A program made the translations under genes and the position numbers. This document shows, piece after piece, positions 1 through 11,830 of a DNA stretch of 64,000 nucleotides. How positions within the stretch are numbered: position 1 is the stretch's first letter; each line of letters starts with the position of its first letter. Under the pieces are notes generated by a model, which had not been told where the DNA came from, made no database searches, and saw only the letters and a program-made list of their open reading frames with translations. The stretch lies in the NCBI RefSeq assembly GCF_030028105.1, contig NC_092386.1, forward strand, positions 35,084,347-35,148,346, in the 5' to 3' direction. The DNA is from Mobula birostris (taxonomy: Eukaryota).

Positions 1-354
1 CCAGCTTTGATCATTAAAGTCCTCTTCTGAACACTACAATCATTAATAAAAAAACAATCTTCAAAATATTTTTCCAGAGGAATTTGTGTGGAATGAAAAA
101 CATGGGTGAGATAGCTGAGGAATTTTTTTCTTTGACAAAATAATGCTTTATTGTAAGACATAATTGGTGAGTTTCTTTTAAACAAATGGTTCCACTGACC
201 CCATCTTCAGAATTAAATATATTATAATAAACAGTTCTGAAGTTTATCTGTACCTTTATACAATTCCTGTCTGCTTTAGAATTATTTATATTTTCCCAAA
301 TTATTATCTGAACTTTGGGACCACCAAGTATATAAAAAAGAAATGGACTGAGGA

Positions 355-545
355 CATATTCTCTCCATGCCTGTCTACAATTCTTCCAGCCTCATTAAAA
401 TAACTAACATTATCAAAGAGCTCCCTTCTCCTACCCTGCAAATTCTGTCTTCTCCCTCCTCTAGGCAGAAAATACAAAAGCCTGAAAGCACAAGCCATCA
501 GGTTCAGGACAGCTTCTATCTCATAGTTTTAGGACTATTGAATGG
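355..545 (+). mobile_element. Rex/Babar-type LINE 3' fragment, degraded
   Basis: Remnant of the C-terminal PSGRRYKSL...RFRDSFY motif (tctaggcagaaaatacaaaagcctg...ggttcaggacagcttctatc). Confidence 0.5.
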
Positions 546-800
546 AGAAAATTGAAAGGCTGTGGAAAATGAACAGGGCATATACATTATCCTGAGAGTA
601 ATATCTACAACTGGTGTCATCTCAAAGTCACTACACAATAGCATTAAACAATTAGTGCTGTAAATCTTCAGAAAGCCACAATACTAAATGTCACAAGAAT
701 AGTCCGAAGTTCTTAGCAATTGATAAATGAGCATGCTTGGCTTTGCCCATACTTCAGGTTTTACCAGCTTGAGCTGAGAAAGCATTTAAAAAATAATGAT
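545..800 (+). mobile_element. R4/Dong-like non-LTR retrotransposon, 3' end (copy 1)
   Basis: Homologous to 2725-2780 plus 4861-5035; ends in a taatgataa tail. Confidence 0.65.
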
Positions 801-1251
801 AAAGAGATCTCATCTCAGAAACAGAAAAGGTCATTGTGGCAATACAGGACCAGGTGGTTAACACAAAAAATTATCAGAAATACATAATAAAAGACCAACT
901 ATGTCAAAACGATAAATGCAGAAAATGCCAAGAGAAACCAGAAACAACCCAGCCCATTACAGAATCCTACAGCAGTTTAGTTCAATCTGATTGCTTACTC
1001 AGGCACAATCAAGTGGCAAACATCATTCACCCAAATCTTACTTTAAAATGCAAACTCATAAGAAACCATACCTCACTATCAATACAAGCCCAATCTAGTC
1101 TTAGAGTCAGATTCCCACAAATTATATTATGACCCATCCGTAATTACAGATAGGACAATCCATAACAGCCAGCTGGATATAATAATACAGGATAAACAAA
1201 GAAGAACTTTTTACTTAATAGATACAGCCATTCCAAACACACATAACATAC

Positions 1252-2674
1252 ATAAGGCTATAAGATAGAGGAACAGAATTAGGCCTTTTAGCTGTCATTT
1301 CCTTATGGCTCATTCATTTTGCTCTCAGCCCCAATCTCTTGCCTTCTCCCCCATCTCTTCATATCTTGACTAAACAAGAATCTATCAATCTCTGCCTTAA
1401 GACTTGGCCTCCACAGCCACCTGTGGCAATGCATTCCATAGATTCCCCACTCTCTGGCTTAAGAAGAATCACCATTCTAAAAGGACACCCCTCTACTCTA
1501 AACTCCCTCACCATAGGAAACATCGTCTCCACATCCACTCTATTGAGACCCTTCAACATTCAACAGGTTTCAATGAGATCACCCTTCTTTCTCCTGAATT
1601 CCAGTGAGTAGAGGCCCAGAGCCATCAAACGTTTTTTCATATGACGAGACTTTCAATCCCGGAATGATTTTCGTGAACCTCTTTTGAACCCTCTCCAAAA
1701 TCCTTTCTTTGATATGGGGTCCAAAACCGCTCACAATACTCCAACTGAGGCATCACCAGTGCTTTATAAAGCCTCAATATTACATCCTTGCTTTCATATT
1801 CTAGTCCTCTTGTAATGAATGCTAACATTGTATTTGCCTTCCTCAGCATCTGCAAATTAACCTTTAAGAGCATCAGGCACTAGGATTTCCAAGTCCCTTT
1901 ACACCTCAAATTCTGAACTTTCTCTCCATTTAGAAAATAGTCTACACTTTTATTTCTTCTACCAAAGTGCATGACCATACACTTCCCAACATTATATCCC
2001 ATCTGCCACTTCTTTGCCCGTTCTCCTAATCTAAGTCCTTCTGTTGCCTCTCAATTGCCTCTAAACTACCTACCCTCAACCTATCTTTGTATTGTCTGCA
2101 ATCATTTTCGCAAAGCCATCAATTCCATCTTCCAAATCCTTGACGTATAATGTAAAAGAAGCGGTTCCAACACAGACCCCTATGGAACACCACTTGACAT
2201 CAGCAGCCAACCAGAAAAGGCTCCCTTTTTTCCCACTCTTAGCCCCGTGCCAATTAGCCAATGCTTTATCCATGCTAGTATCTTTCCTGTAATACCATGG
2301 GCTCACAACTTGTTAAGCTTATTCATGTGTGGCAACTTGTCAAAGGCCCCCTGAAAATCCAAGTACACAACATTGACCAATTTGCTTTTGTCTTTTTTGT
2401 TTCTTATTTCTTCAAAGAATTCCAAAAGATTGGTCAGGCTAGATACTCCCTTGAGGAAACCATGCTAACTATGGCCTATTTTATCATGTGCCTCCAAGCA
2501 CCTCGAAACCACATCCTTATAATTGACTCCAACACTTTCCCAACCACTGAGTTCGGACTAATCGGCCTATAATTTCCTTTCTTCTACCTCTCTCCCTTCT
2601 TGAAGAGTGGAGTGACATTTGCAATTTTTCATACCAGAATCAATTGATTCTTGAAAGATCATTACTAATGCCTC
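1252..2674 (-). mobile_element. CR1-type LINE, 5'-truncated and decayed
   Basis: Minus-strand RT remnants (LYKALVMPQLEYC, IADNTKIG); catac direct repeats at 1247 and 2675. Confidence 0.85.
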
Positions 2675-2779
2675 CATACAGAAATCAATATGTGAAAAAC
2701 ACCAGAAATATACTGAATTAAAAGAGGAAATTGGAACATGAACAGGGTATATATTGTCCCAATAGTAATATCTACAATT

Positions 2780-3255
2780 GACAGGGCATACAGGAGTGAG
2801 GTATGCCAGCTAGTTGATTGGTGTTGCCGCGACAACTTTGCCCTCAGTGTCAGTAAGACAAAGAGTTGATTGTGGACTTCAGGAAAGGTAAGATGGGGGA
2901 ACATGACCCAATCCTCATAGAGAGATCAGAAGTGGAGAGAATGAGTAATTTCAATTTCCTGGATGTCAAGGTCTCTGAGGTTCTAACCTGGTTCCAACAT
3001 ATTGAGGCAGCTATAAAAAAAATGCAAGAAGGTGGCTATATTTCATTAGGAGTCTGAAGAGATTTAGTTTGTCTCCTAAAAGACTTGAAAACTTCTATGG
3101 ATGTACCGTAGTGAGCATTCTGACAGGCTGCATCACTGTCTGGTATGGGGGGGCATTATTGCATGGGACTGAAAGAAGCTTCAGTAAGTTGTAAAATTAG
3201 TCAGCTCCATCTTGAGTACTAGCCTCCTTAGTAGCCAAGACATCCTCAAGGAAAA
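2780..3255 (+). mobile_element. Rex/Babar-type LINE fragment
   Basis: KTKELIVDFRK...FNFLDV...LTW motif; a probable 3' tail (aataaacctgattttgattctgattc) reappears at ~4830-4860. Confidence 0.7.
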
Positions 3256-3269
3256 GTGGCGGATGGACA

Positions 3270-4828
3270 CCAGTGACATCCGTGGCACTTCGCACACTCT
3301 GGATCTTTTCAATGATTTCAAGTTCCCTGTCCCCTTTCATCTTATTTTCACTATGAATGTCCAGTCCCTATACACTTCCATCCCCCACCAGGAAGGCCTC
3401 AAAGCTCTCTGTTTCTTTCTGGACACCAGACTCAACCAGTTCCCCTCCACCACCACTCTCCTCCGCCAAGTGGAACTTGTCCTCACTCTTAATAATTTCT
3501 CCTTTAGCTATTCCCACTTCTTTCAGACAAAAGGCAATTACATGAGTCCCAGCTATGCTTGCTTTTTTGTCAGCTACTTGGCACAGTCCATGTTCCAAAC
3601 CTATACTGGTGTCTGTCCCCACTTTTCCTACGCTACATCAATGACTGTGTTGGTGTTACTTCCTGTACCCATGCTGAGCTTGTTGACTTCATCAACTTTG
3701 CCTCCAACTTCTATTCTGCCAAAAATTTACCTGGTCTATTTCTGACACCTCCCTCCCATTTCTTGATCTCACTATCTCTATCTCTGGAGGAGGCTTATCT
3801 ACTGATGTCTATTTTGAACCTGTGGATTCTCACAGCTACCTGAACTAAACCTCCTCCCGCCCTGTTACTTGTAAAAACGCCATCCTCTTCTCTCAATTTC
3901 TCTGTCTCCGTCACATCTGCTCTCAGGATGAAGCTTTTCATTCTAGAACAAAGGAGGTGTCCTTTCTTTTCAAAGAAAGGGGCTTCCTTTCCTCCACCAT
4001 CAACGCTGACCTCAACTGCATCTCTTCCATTTCATGCATGTCTGTTCTCACCCCATCCTTCCGCCACCCCTCCAGGGATAGGGCTCCTCTTGTCCTCACC
4101 TACCACCCCAACAGCCTCTGCATCCAGCACATAATTCTCCAGAACTTCTACCATCTCCATTGGGATCCCACCACCAAGCACATCTTTCTCTCCCCCTCAC
4201 TTTCTGCTTTCCGCAGGGATCGCTCCCTACACAACTCCCTTGTCCATTCATCCCTCCCACTGATCCCCCTCCTGGCACTTATCCTTGCAAGCGGAAGAAG
4301 TGCTACACCTGCCCCTATACCTCCTCCCTCACTACCATTCAGGGCCCCAAGCAGAACTTTCAGCTGAGGCAAAACTTCACCTGTGAGTCTGTTGGGGTTA
4401 TGTGCGGTGGCCTCCTGTATATCGGTGAGACTGACATAAATTGGGAGACTGTTTTGCTGAGCACCTATGCTCCGTCCACCAGAAAAAGTGGGATTTTCCA
4501 GTGGCCACCCATTTTGGTTCTGATTCCCATTCCCAGTACGAGGTGTTGGTCCATGGCCTCCTCTGGTGCTCCTCCCCATTTTTCTTTCTTCTATCCCCAC
4601 CTATCAGACTCCCCCTTCTCCAGCCCTATATCTCTTTCACCAATCAACTTCTCAGCTATTTACTTTATCGCTTCCCACCTCGTGTTTCTCTCTCCCTGCC
4701 CCCCACCCCTACCTTTTAAATCTGCTCCTCATCTTTTTCTCTCCAGTGCTGCCCGAAACGTCGACTGTACTTTTTTCCATAGATGCTGCCTGGCCTGCTA
4801 GTTCCTCCAGCATTTTGTGTGTGTTGCT
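3270..4828 (+). mobile_element. Penelope-like element (RT C-terminus, GIY-YIG endonuclease, 3' terminal repeat), decayed
   Basis: MNVQSLYTSIPHQEG, FLRYINDC, APLVLTYHP and CKRKKCYTCPY...LLYIGET motifs across frameshifted ORFs. Confidence 0.85.
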
Positions 4829-6385
4829 GGTGATAATAAACCTGATTTTGATTCTGATTCTGGTATCATCCCGAAGTCACTACACAATAGCATTAAACAA
4901 TTAGGCTTACACAGATTAATGTAAATCTCAAGAAAGATACAAAACTAAACACCATTAGAATAGTCCGAAAGTTCCTAGCAATTGAGAAATGACTATGCCC
5001 GTACTTCAGGTTTTACCAGCTTAAGCTGAGGAAAAATATTTTAAGATAGTAATGATAATAAGTAAATAAGCAGTTAGTATCGAGAACATGTGATGAATAG
5101 TCCTTGAAAATGAGTCCATAGGTTGTGGAAATATTTCAATGAGGGGGCATAAGAAGATGAGTGAAGTTACCCCTTTTGGTTTAAGAGTCTGACAGTTGTA
5201 TAACAAAATGGACTCATTGTCTACCTGTACTGCATTTTCTTTGTAACTATAACACTATATTCTGCATTCTGTTATTACCTTGATGTATGGGTGTGATAAA
5301 ATTATATCTTTGAATAGCACACGAAACAAGGTTTTTCACTATAACTCAGTACATGTGACATGAATAAACCAATTTACCAATACACATCAGATAACATGTG
5401 AGGTTAGATTTTTTTATTTGATCTTGCATAAAGAGTTACGTTAGAGCAGTGAACAATGGTCTTTATTTGTAGCTGCAAATAAGGCAGGATGAAATGCCAA
5501 TAGCATTGCTCCTATTTACATCTCCCTTGATGATCATAACAATTGTAAGGATCGATATTGTGCTCTCCTCTATAAGCATTGATGAAGATCACTCATCCAC
5601 AAAGTATGAGATAGACAGTTCATTACAGCAATAGAACCACAATTCTGTAATTCATCTTACTTATGATTGCACCTCCTGGAATGGAGTATGGGAAAACCAA
5701 ATTCATTTGTACAGATAACAAACAGAGGAACAAAAATAAGCCATTTGAGCCTGTTCTGCCATTTAATTAAATCAATGCCAATCTTCACCTTAATTCTATT
5801 TACCCAACATTTGTTGCATTGTCACTTTGTAGTCAGTTTGTGAGCTGGATGAAATCATGGATAGCTGGGCTTTTAAGTTTGTGGACAATACAATGATTGG
5901 TGACGCTGTGGATAGTGTAGAAGATTGCCAGATGGCACTGTGGGATATACAGAAGATCAGATGCAGATATGACTAGAGGAATAGGAGGTGGACTTTAACC
6001 ATGCCAAGTGTGAGGTGATTTAATTGGGGAGATCAAATGTAAAGGGACAGTACACAATTAATGGCAGAACCCTTAACAGTGCTGATGTATGGAGGGATAT
6101 TAGATTCCAAGTGCCTAGCTCCCTGAAGGTGGTTACACAGGTGGACAAGGTAGTGAAGAAGGCATATAGCATGCTTGGCTTTATTAGTCAAGATACTAAA
6201 ATCGATTGCTTGTAAGGAGTTTGTATGCTGTCCCTGTGACTGCATGGGTTTCCTCCAGGTGCTCTGGTTTCCTCCCACAGTCCACAGTCCTGGTGGGTCA
6301 ATTGGTCACTAAATTGTCCCATGATTAGGCCACAATTAAATCAGGGGATTGCTGGGCGGCTTGAAGGGCTGGAAAGTCCTATTCT

Positions 6386-8930
6386 GAGAAAGAAAGGAAG
6401 GAGAGAGATAGCAGACAACTGCAGGAAACATAAAGTTGTGATAGTAGGGGATTTTAGTTTTCCACATATTGATTGGGACTCCCATAATGCTAAAGGTCTA
6501 GACAGGTTAGAGTTTGTAAAATGTGTTCAGGAAAGTTTTCTAAATCAATATATAGAGGTACCAACAACAGAGGATGCAATATTAGATCTCCTGTTAGGAA
6601 ACGAATTAGTACAGGTGATGGAAGTGTGTGTAGGGGAACACTTTGGTTCCAGTGATCATAACACTATTAGTTTCAACTTGATCATGGATAAAGATAGATC
6701 TGGTCCTTGGACTGAGTTTCTAAATTGGAAAAAAGGCCAAATTTGAAGAAATGAGAAAGGATCTAAAAAGTGTGGATTGGGACAGGTTGTTCTCTGGCAA
6801 GGATGTGATTGGTAAGTGGGAGGCCTTCAAAGGAGAAATTTTCAGAGTGCAGAGTTTGTATATTCCTGTCAGGATTAAAGGTAAAGTGAATAAGAAAAAG
6901 GAACCTTGGTTCTCAAGGGATATTGGAACTCTGAGAAAGAAGAAGAGAGAGATGCATGACATGTATAGGAAACAGGGAGCAAATAAGGCGCTTGAGGAGT
7001 ATAAAAAGTGCAAAAAAATACTTAAGAAAGAAATCAGGAGGGCTAAAAGAAGTCAAGAGGTTGCTTTGGCAGTCAAGGTGAAGGATAATCCAAAGAGCTT
7101 CTACAGGTATATTAAGAGCAAAAGGATTGTAAGGGATAAAATTGGTCCTCTTGAAGATCAGAGTGGTCAGCTATGTATGGAACCAAAAGAAATGGGGGAG
7201 ATATTAAATGGGTTTTTTGCATCTGTATTCACTAAGGAAACTGGCATGGAGTCTATGGAAATAAGGCAAACAAGTAGTGAGGTTGTGGAAACTATACAGA
7301 TTGAAGAAGAGGAGGTGCTTGCTATCTTGAAGCAAATCAGAGTAGGTAGATCCCCAGGACCTGATAGGGTATTCCCTTGGACCTTGAAGGAAACTAGTGT
7401 TGAAATTGTAGGGGCTCTGGCACATATACTTAAAACGTCAATATCTATGGGTGAAGTGCCGGAGGATTGGAGGATCGGAGGATAGCTCATGTTGTTTCGT
7501 TCTTTAAAAAAGGATCTAAAAGTGATCCGGGAAATTATAGGCCAGTAAGTTTGACGTCGGTAGTAGATAAATTATTGAAAGGAGTACTAAGAGATAGGAT
7601 CTATAAGCATTTAGATAGACAGGGACTTACTAGGGAGAGTCAACATGGCTTTGTGCGTGGTAGGTCATGTTTAACCAATCTATTAGAGTTTTTTGAGGAG
7701 GTTACCAGGTAAATGGGTGAGGGGAAGGCAGTGGATGTTGTCTACATGAACTTCAGTAAGGCCTTTGACAAGGTCCGGCATGGAAGGTTAGTCAGGAAGA
7801 TTCAGTCGCTAGGTATACATGGAGAGGTAGTAAATTGGATTAGGCATTGGCTCAATGGAAGAAGCCAGAGAGTGGTAGTGGAGGATTGCTTCACTAAGTG
7901 GAGGTCTGTGACTAATAGTGTGCCACAGGGATCAGTGCTGGGTCCATTGTTATTTGTCATCTATATCAATGATCTGGATGATAATGTGGTAAATTGGATC
8001 AACAAATTTGCTGATGATACAAAGATTGGAGGTGTAGTGGACAGTGAGGAAGGTTTTCAAAGCTTGCAGAGGGATTTGGACCAGCTGGAAAAATGGGCTG
8101 AAAAATGGCAGATGGAGCTTAATACAGACAAGTGTGAGGTATTGCACTTTGGAAGGACAAACCAAGGTAGAACATACAAGGTAAATGGTAGGGCACTGAG
8201 GAGTGCAGTAGAACAGAGGGATCTGGGCATACAGATACAAAATTCCCTAAAAGTGGCATCACAGGTAGATAGGGTTGTAAAGAGGGCTTTTGGTACATTG
8301 GCTTTTATTAATCAAAGTATTGAGTATAAGAGCTGGAATGTTATGATGAGGTTGTATAAGGCATTGGTGAGACCGAATCTGGAGTACTGTGTGCAGTTTT
8401 GGTCACCAAATTACAGGAAGGATATTGACAAGGTTGAAAGAGTGCAGAGAAGGTTTACAAGGATGTTGATAAGTCTTGAGAAACTGAGTTACAGAGAAAA
8501 GTTGAAAAGGTTAGGACTTTATTCCTTGGCGCGTAGAAGAATGAGGGGAGATTTGATAGAGATATATAAAATTATGATGAGTATAGATAGAGTAAATGCA
8601 AGCAGGCTTTTTCCACTGAGGCAAGGGGAGAAAAAAAAAAAGAGGACATGGGTTAAGGGTGAGGGGGGAAAAGTTTAAAGGGAACATTTGGGGGGGGCTT
8701 CTTCACACAGAGATTGGTGGGAGTGTGGAATGAGCTGCCAGATGAAGTGGTAAATGCGGGCTCCCTTTTAACATTTAAGAAAAACTTGGACAGGTACATG
8801 GATGAGAGGTGTATGGAGGGATATGGTCTGGGTGCTGGTCAGTGGGACTAGGCAGAAAATAGTTCAGCACAGCCAAGGAGGGCCAGAAGGCCTGTTTCTG
8901 TGCTGTAATGTTCTATGGATCTATGTTCTA
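6386..8930 (+). mobile_element. CR1-type LINE ORF2 (end of APE endonuclease plus RT) and 3'UTR, frameshifted
   Basis: VGDFSFPHIDW, SDHN, PGPD, NYRPVSLTS, QHGF, VPQGSVLGP and FADD motifs; stop at ~7711 and frameshifts; ttctatg-type tail. Confidence 0.92.
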
Positions 8931-8984
8931 TGAGAGGGAGAGGGAGAGAACGTGTGTGTGTGTGTGCATGTGCATGTGTGTCAA

Positions 8985-9830
8985 GAGACAGGAAGTTATG
9001 TTGCAACTTTTTTAGGCCACATCTGGAGTATGGTTCTGGTTGCCTCATTATAGGAAGGATGTGGAGGCTTTGAACAGGGTGCAAAAGATGTTTGTCAGGA
9101 TTAGAGGACATGTGCCATAAGGAGAGATTGGAGAAACTAGGGTTGTTTTGCACAAGTGCTGGAAGCTGAGGGGAAACTTGGTAGAAGTTTATAAAATGAT
9201 GAGGGGGGTAGATAGCATTGACAATGGGTAACTTTCTCCCCGGATAGAAAAATCTAATATCCCAGTATATGCATTTAAGATGAGAGTTGGAAAGTTCAAG
9301 GCATGGAGAAAATGGCGGGTGTCTGCAATGTGCCACCAGTGGTTGTACTGGAGGCAAATACGATAAGATGCAGTTAAGATGTTCTTAAATAGACAGGATG
9401 ATGCAAAGAATGGAGGGGTAAGGATATTTAGGCAGAGGAACTAGTTTAGCAGGCTTTTAGTGACTTGTTTAATTAGAATGTATAAATCTCAAGGTGATTG
9501 TGCGTGGAATGGCTGCCAGCGACAGTGGTGGAGACAGATAACGATAGGGCCTTTTAAAAGACTCCTGGACTGGTACATAGAGCTCAGAAAAATAGAGGGC
9601 TATGGGGAACCCTAGGTAATTTCTAAGGTAAGGACATGTTCGGCACAGCTTTGTGGGTCAAAGGGCCTGTATTGTGCTGTAGGTTTTCTATGTTTTTATG
9701 TTTCTATGTGAATAATTTATACATACTTTAATAACAAATGTACTTTGAATCTTGAATCTTTGAATTGAATTTGACACATCATTAGCCAAAGGGCTTGTTT
9801 CTGTACTGCACTGTTTTATGTTCTATAAGT
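8985..9830 (+). mobile_element. Cluster of CR1 3' fragments
   Basis: Repeated CR1 3'-end motifs (gggcctg...tgtgctgta...ttctatg). Confidence 0.65.
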
Positions 9831-10475
9831 TCTCACTAACAAGGCAATATTTGTTCAGCTCCAAAGCACATTCCATACACGAACAATGACAAATTTCATC
9901 TGCTACAGATTTGCCTACATATTGAGTCTAGTTTGGAGAGATACCCTGTGTGTAAAGAACTCATTCATAGCTTTAAAGATGAAAATAACACTATTTGAAC
10001 AGGATCAGATCATGTGATGGAATTTCCAAACTCAATTCGGGATGTTTTCAGCTACAGCTAATGTTGGAGTCAGGATTAGAAATGTAACAAAGTGGCAACA
10101 CTTACAAATTGAAATGAGCTACTCACCCATTTCTGGGACCAAAAGTTTATATCCAACTTTAAAAATGGACTAACAAGCTTGATAAGACACAAAAATTAAC
10201 TTAGATAGAATCCCTTTACATTGTGCTGGTGGGGTCTTTCCTGTTGTGAATGCGTACTCAGTATGTGAAATTAAGGGATGCATAAGTTAAGGTGCTGAGG
10301 TCCTATTTGACAACCGTGACATCAAATCAGTGGTGGACACTGAACTGATGAAAGATCTGACCTGCCTATTTTACCTCCTTCTAATGAATTGTTCCTCCAA
10401 GAGGACCATAAGTCATGGATTGGAGGCTTGCGTGCCTCAATGACCCGGAGAGTTACGCTGGCTAGAGTTAGGGCA

Positions 10476-11830
10476 AAGGGACTTGCGAGTCCTTGTGCAG
10501 GATTCCTTAAAGGTTAATTTGCAGGTTGAGTCTGTGGTGAGGAAGATAAACGCAATGTTAGCATTCATTTCAAGAGGACTAGAATATAAAAGCAAGGATG
10601 TAATGTTGAGGCTTTATAAAGCATTGGTGAGGCCTCATTTGGAGTATTGTGAGCAGGTTTGTACCCCTTATCTTAGAAAGGATGTGCTGAAATGAGAGGG
10701 TTCAAAGCAGGTTCATTAAAATGATTCCAGGTTTGAACAGCTTTGCATTTGAAGAGCGGTTGATGGTGCTGGGCCTGTATTCACTGGAATTCAGAAGAAT
10801 GGGAGGTGACCTCATTGAAACCTATCAAATAGTGAAAGGCCTTGATAGAGTGGAAGTGGAGAGTATGTTTTCTCTGGTGGGGGAGTCTAGGACCAGAGGA
10901 CACAGCCTCAAAATAGAGAGACATCCTTTTAGAATGGAGATGAGGAGGAATTTCTTTAGCCAAAAAGCAGTGGAATCTATGGAATTCTTCGCCACAGGCA
11001 GCTCTGAAGGCCAAGTCTGTATGTATATGTAAGGCAGAGATTGATAGATTCCTATTTGTTCAACCATGAAGGGATACGGGAAGACATCAGGAGATTGGGG
11101 CTGAGCAATTTTGGATCAGCCATGACCACTTCCATTGGAAGTGTGGAGGAGCAGAGGGATCTGGGGGTACATGTTCACAGATCCCTGAAAGTTGCCTCAC
11201 AGGTAGATAGGGTAGTTAAGAAAGCTTATGGCGTGTTAGCTTGCATAAGTCGAAGGATAGAGTTTAAGAGTCGTGGGGTAATGATGCAGCTCTATAAAAC
11301 TCTGGTTAGGCCACACTTGGAGTACTGTGTCCAGTTCTGGTCACCTCACTATAGGAGGGATGTGGAAGCATTGGAAAGGGTACAGAGATTTACCAGGATG
11401 CTGCCTGGTTTAGAGAGTATACATTATGATCAGAGATTGGGAGCTAGGGCTTTACTCTCTGGAGAGCGCCTCTCCCCCAGGGCACCACTGCTCAATACAA
11501 GAGGACATGGCTTTAAGGTAAGGGGTGGAAAGTTCAAGGGAGATATTAGAGGAAGGTTTTTTACTCAGAGAGTGGTTGGTGTGTGGAATGCACTGGCTGA
11601 GTCAGTGGTGGAGGCAGATACACTCGTGAAATTTAAGAGACTACTAGACAGGTATATGGAGGTATTTAAGGTGGGGGGTTATATGGGAGGCAGGGTTTAA
11701 GGGTCAGCACAACATTGTGGGCCGAAGGGCCTGTACTGTGCTGTACTGTTCTATGTTCTATGACAAAATGGCGGAGCAGGTACAATGGGCCAACTGGCCT
11801 AATCGTGTTCCTATATGTTATGGTCTATGC
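10476..11830 (+). mobile_element. CR1 3' fragment containing a younger CR1 (11127-11759), together inserted in an RTE-like 5' region (~10400-12080)
   Basis: Two sets of LYKxLVRPHLEYC ORFs; inner copy flanked by atgac direct repeats (11122, 11760). Confidence 0.8.

Larger units (their letters stand above)
805..5080 (+). mobile_element. R4/Dong-like (RLE-type) retrotransposon, copy 2, split into 805-1251, 2675-2780 and 4861-5080 by nested insertions
   Basis: AIQDQVVNTKNY..DKCRKC..ET..RHNQVA (CCHC knuckle remnant), then ITDRTIHN..DIII.DK..YLID.AIPNTHNI (restriction-like endonuclease); degenerate (TAA)n tail. Confidence 0.75.

Noticed and set aside
7713-8678. 321-aa ORF, the longest in the window
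   Set aside because: CR1 reverse transcriptase fragment of a frameshifted, 5'-truncated LINE; not a host gene.
10115-10180. Minus-strand gtgagt donor with a possible ~30-nt exon
   Set aside because: No recognisable coding similarity and no partner exons.
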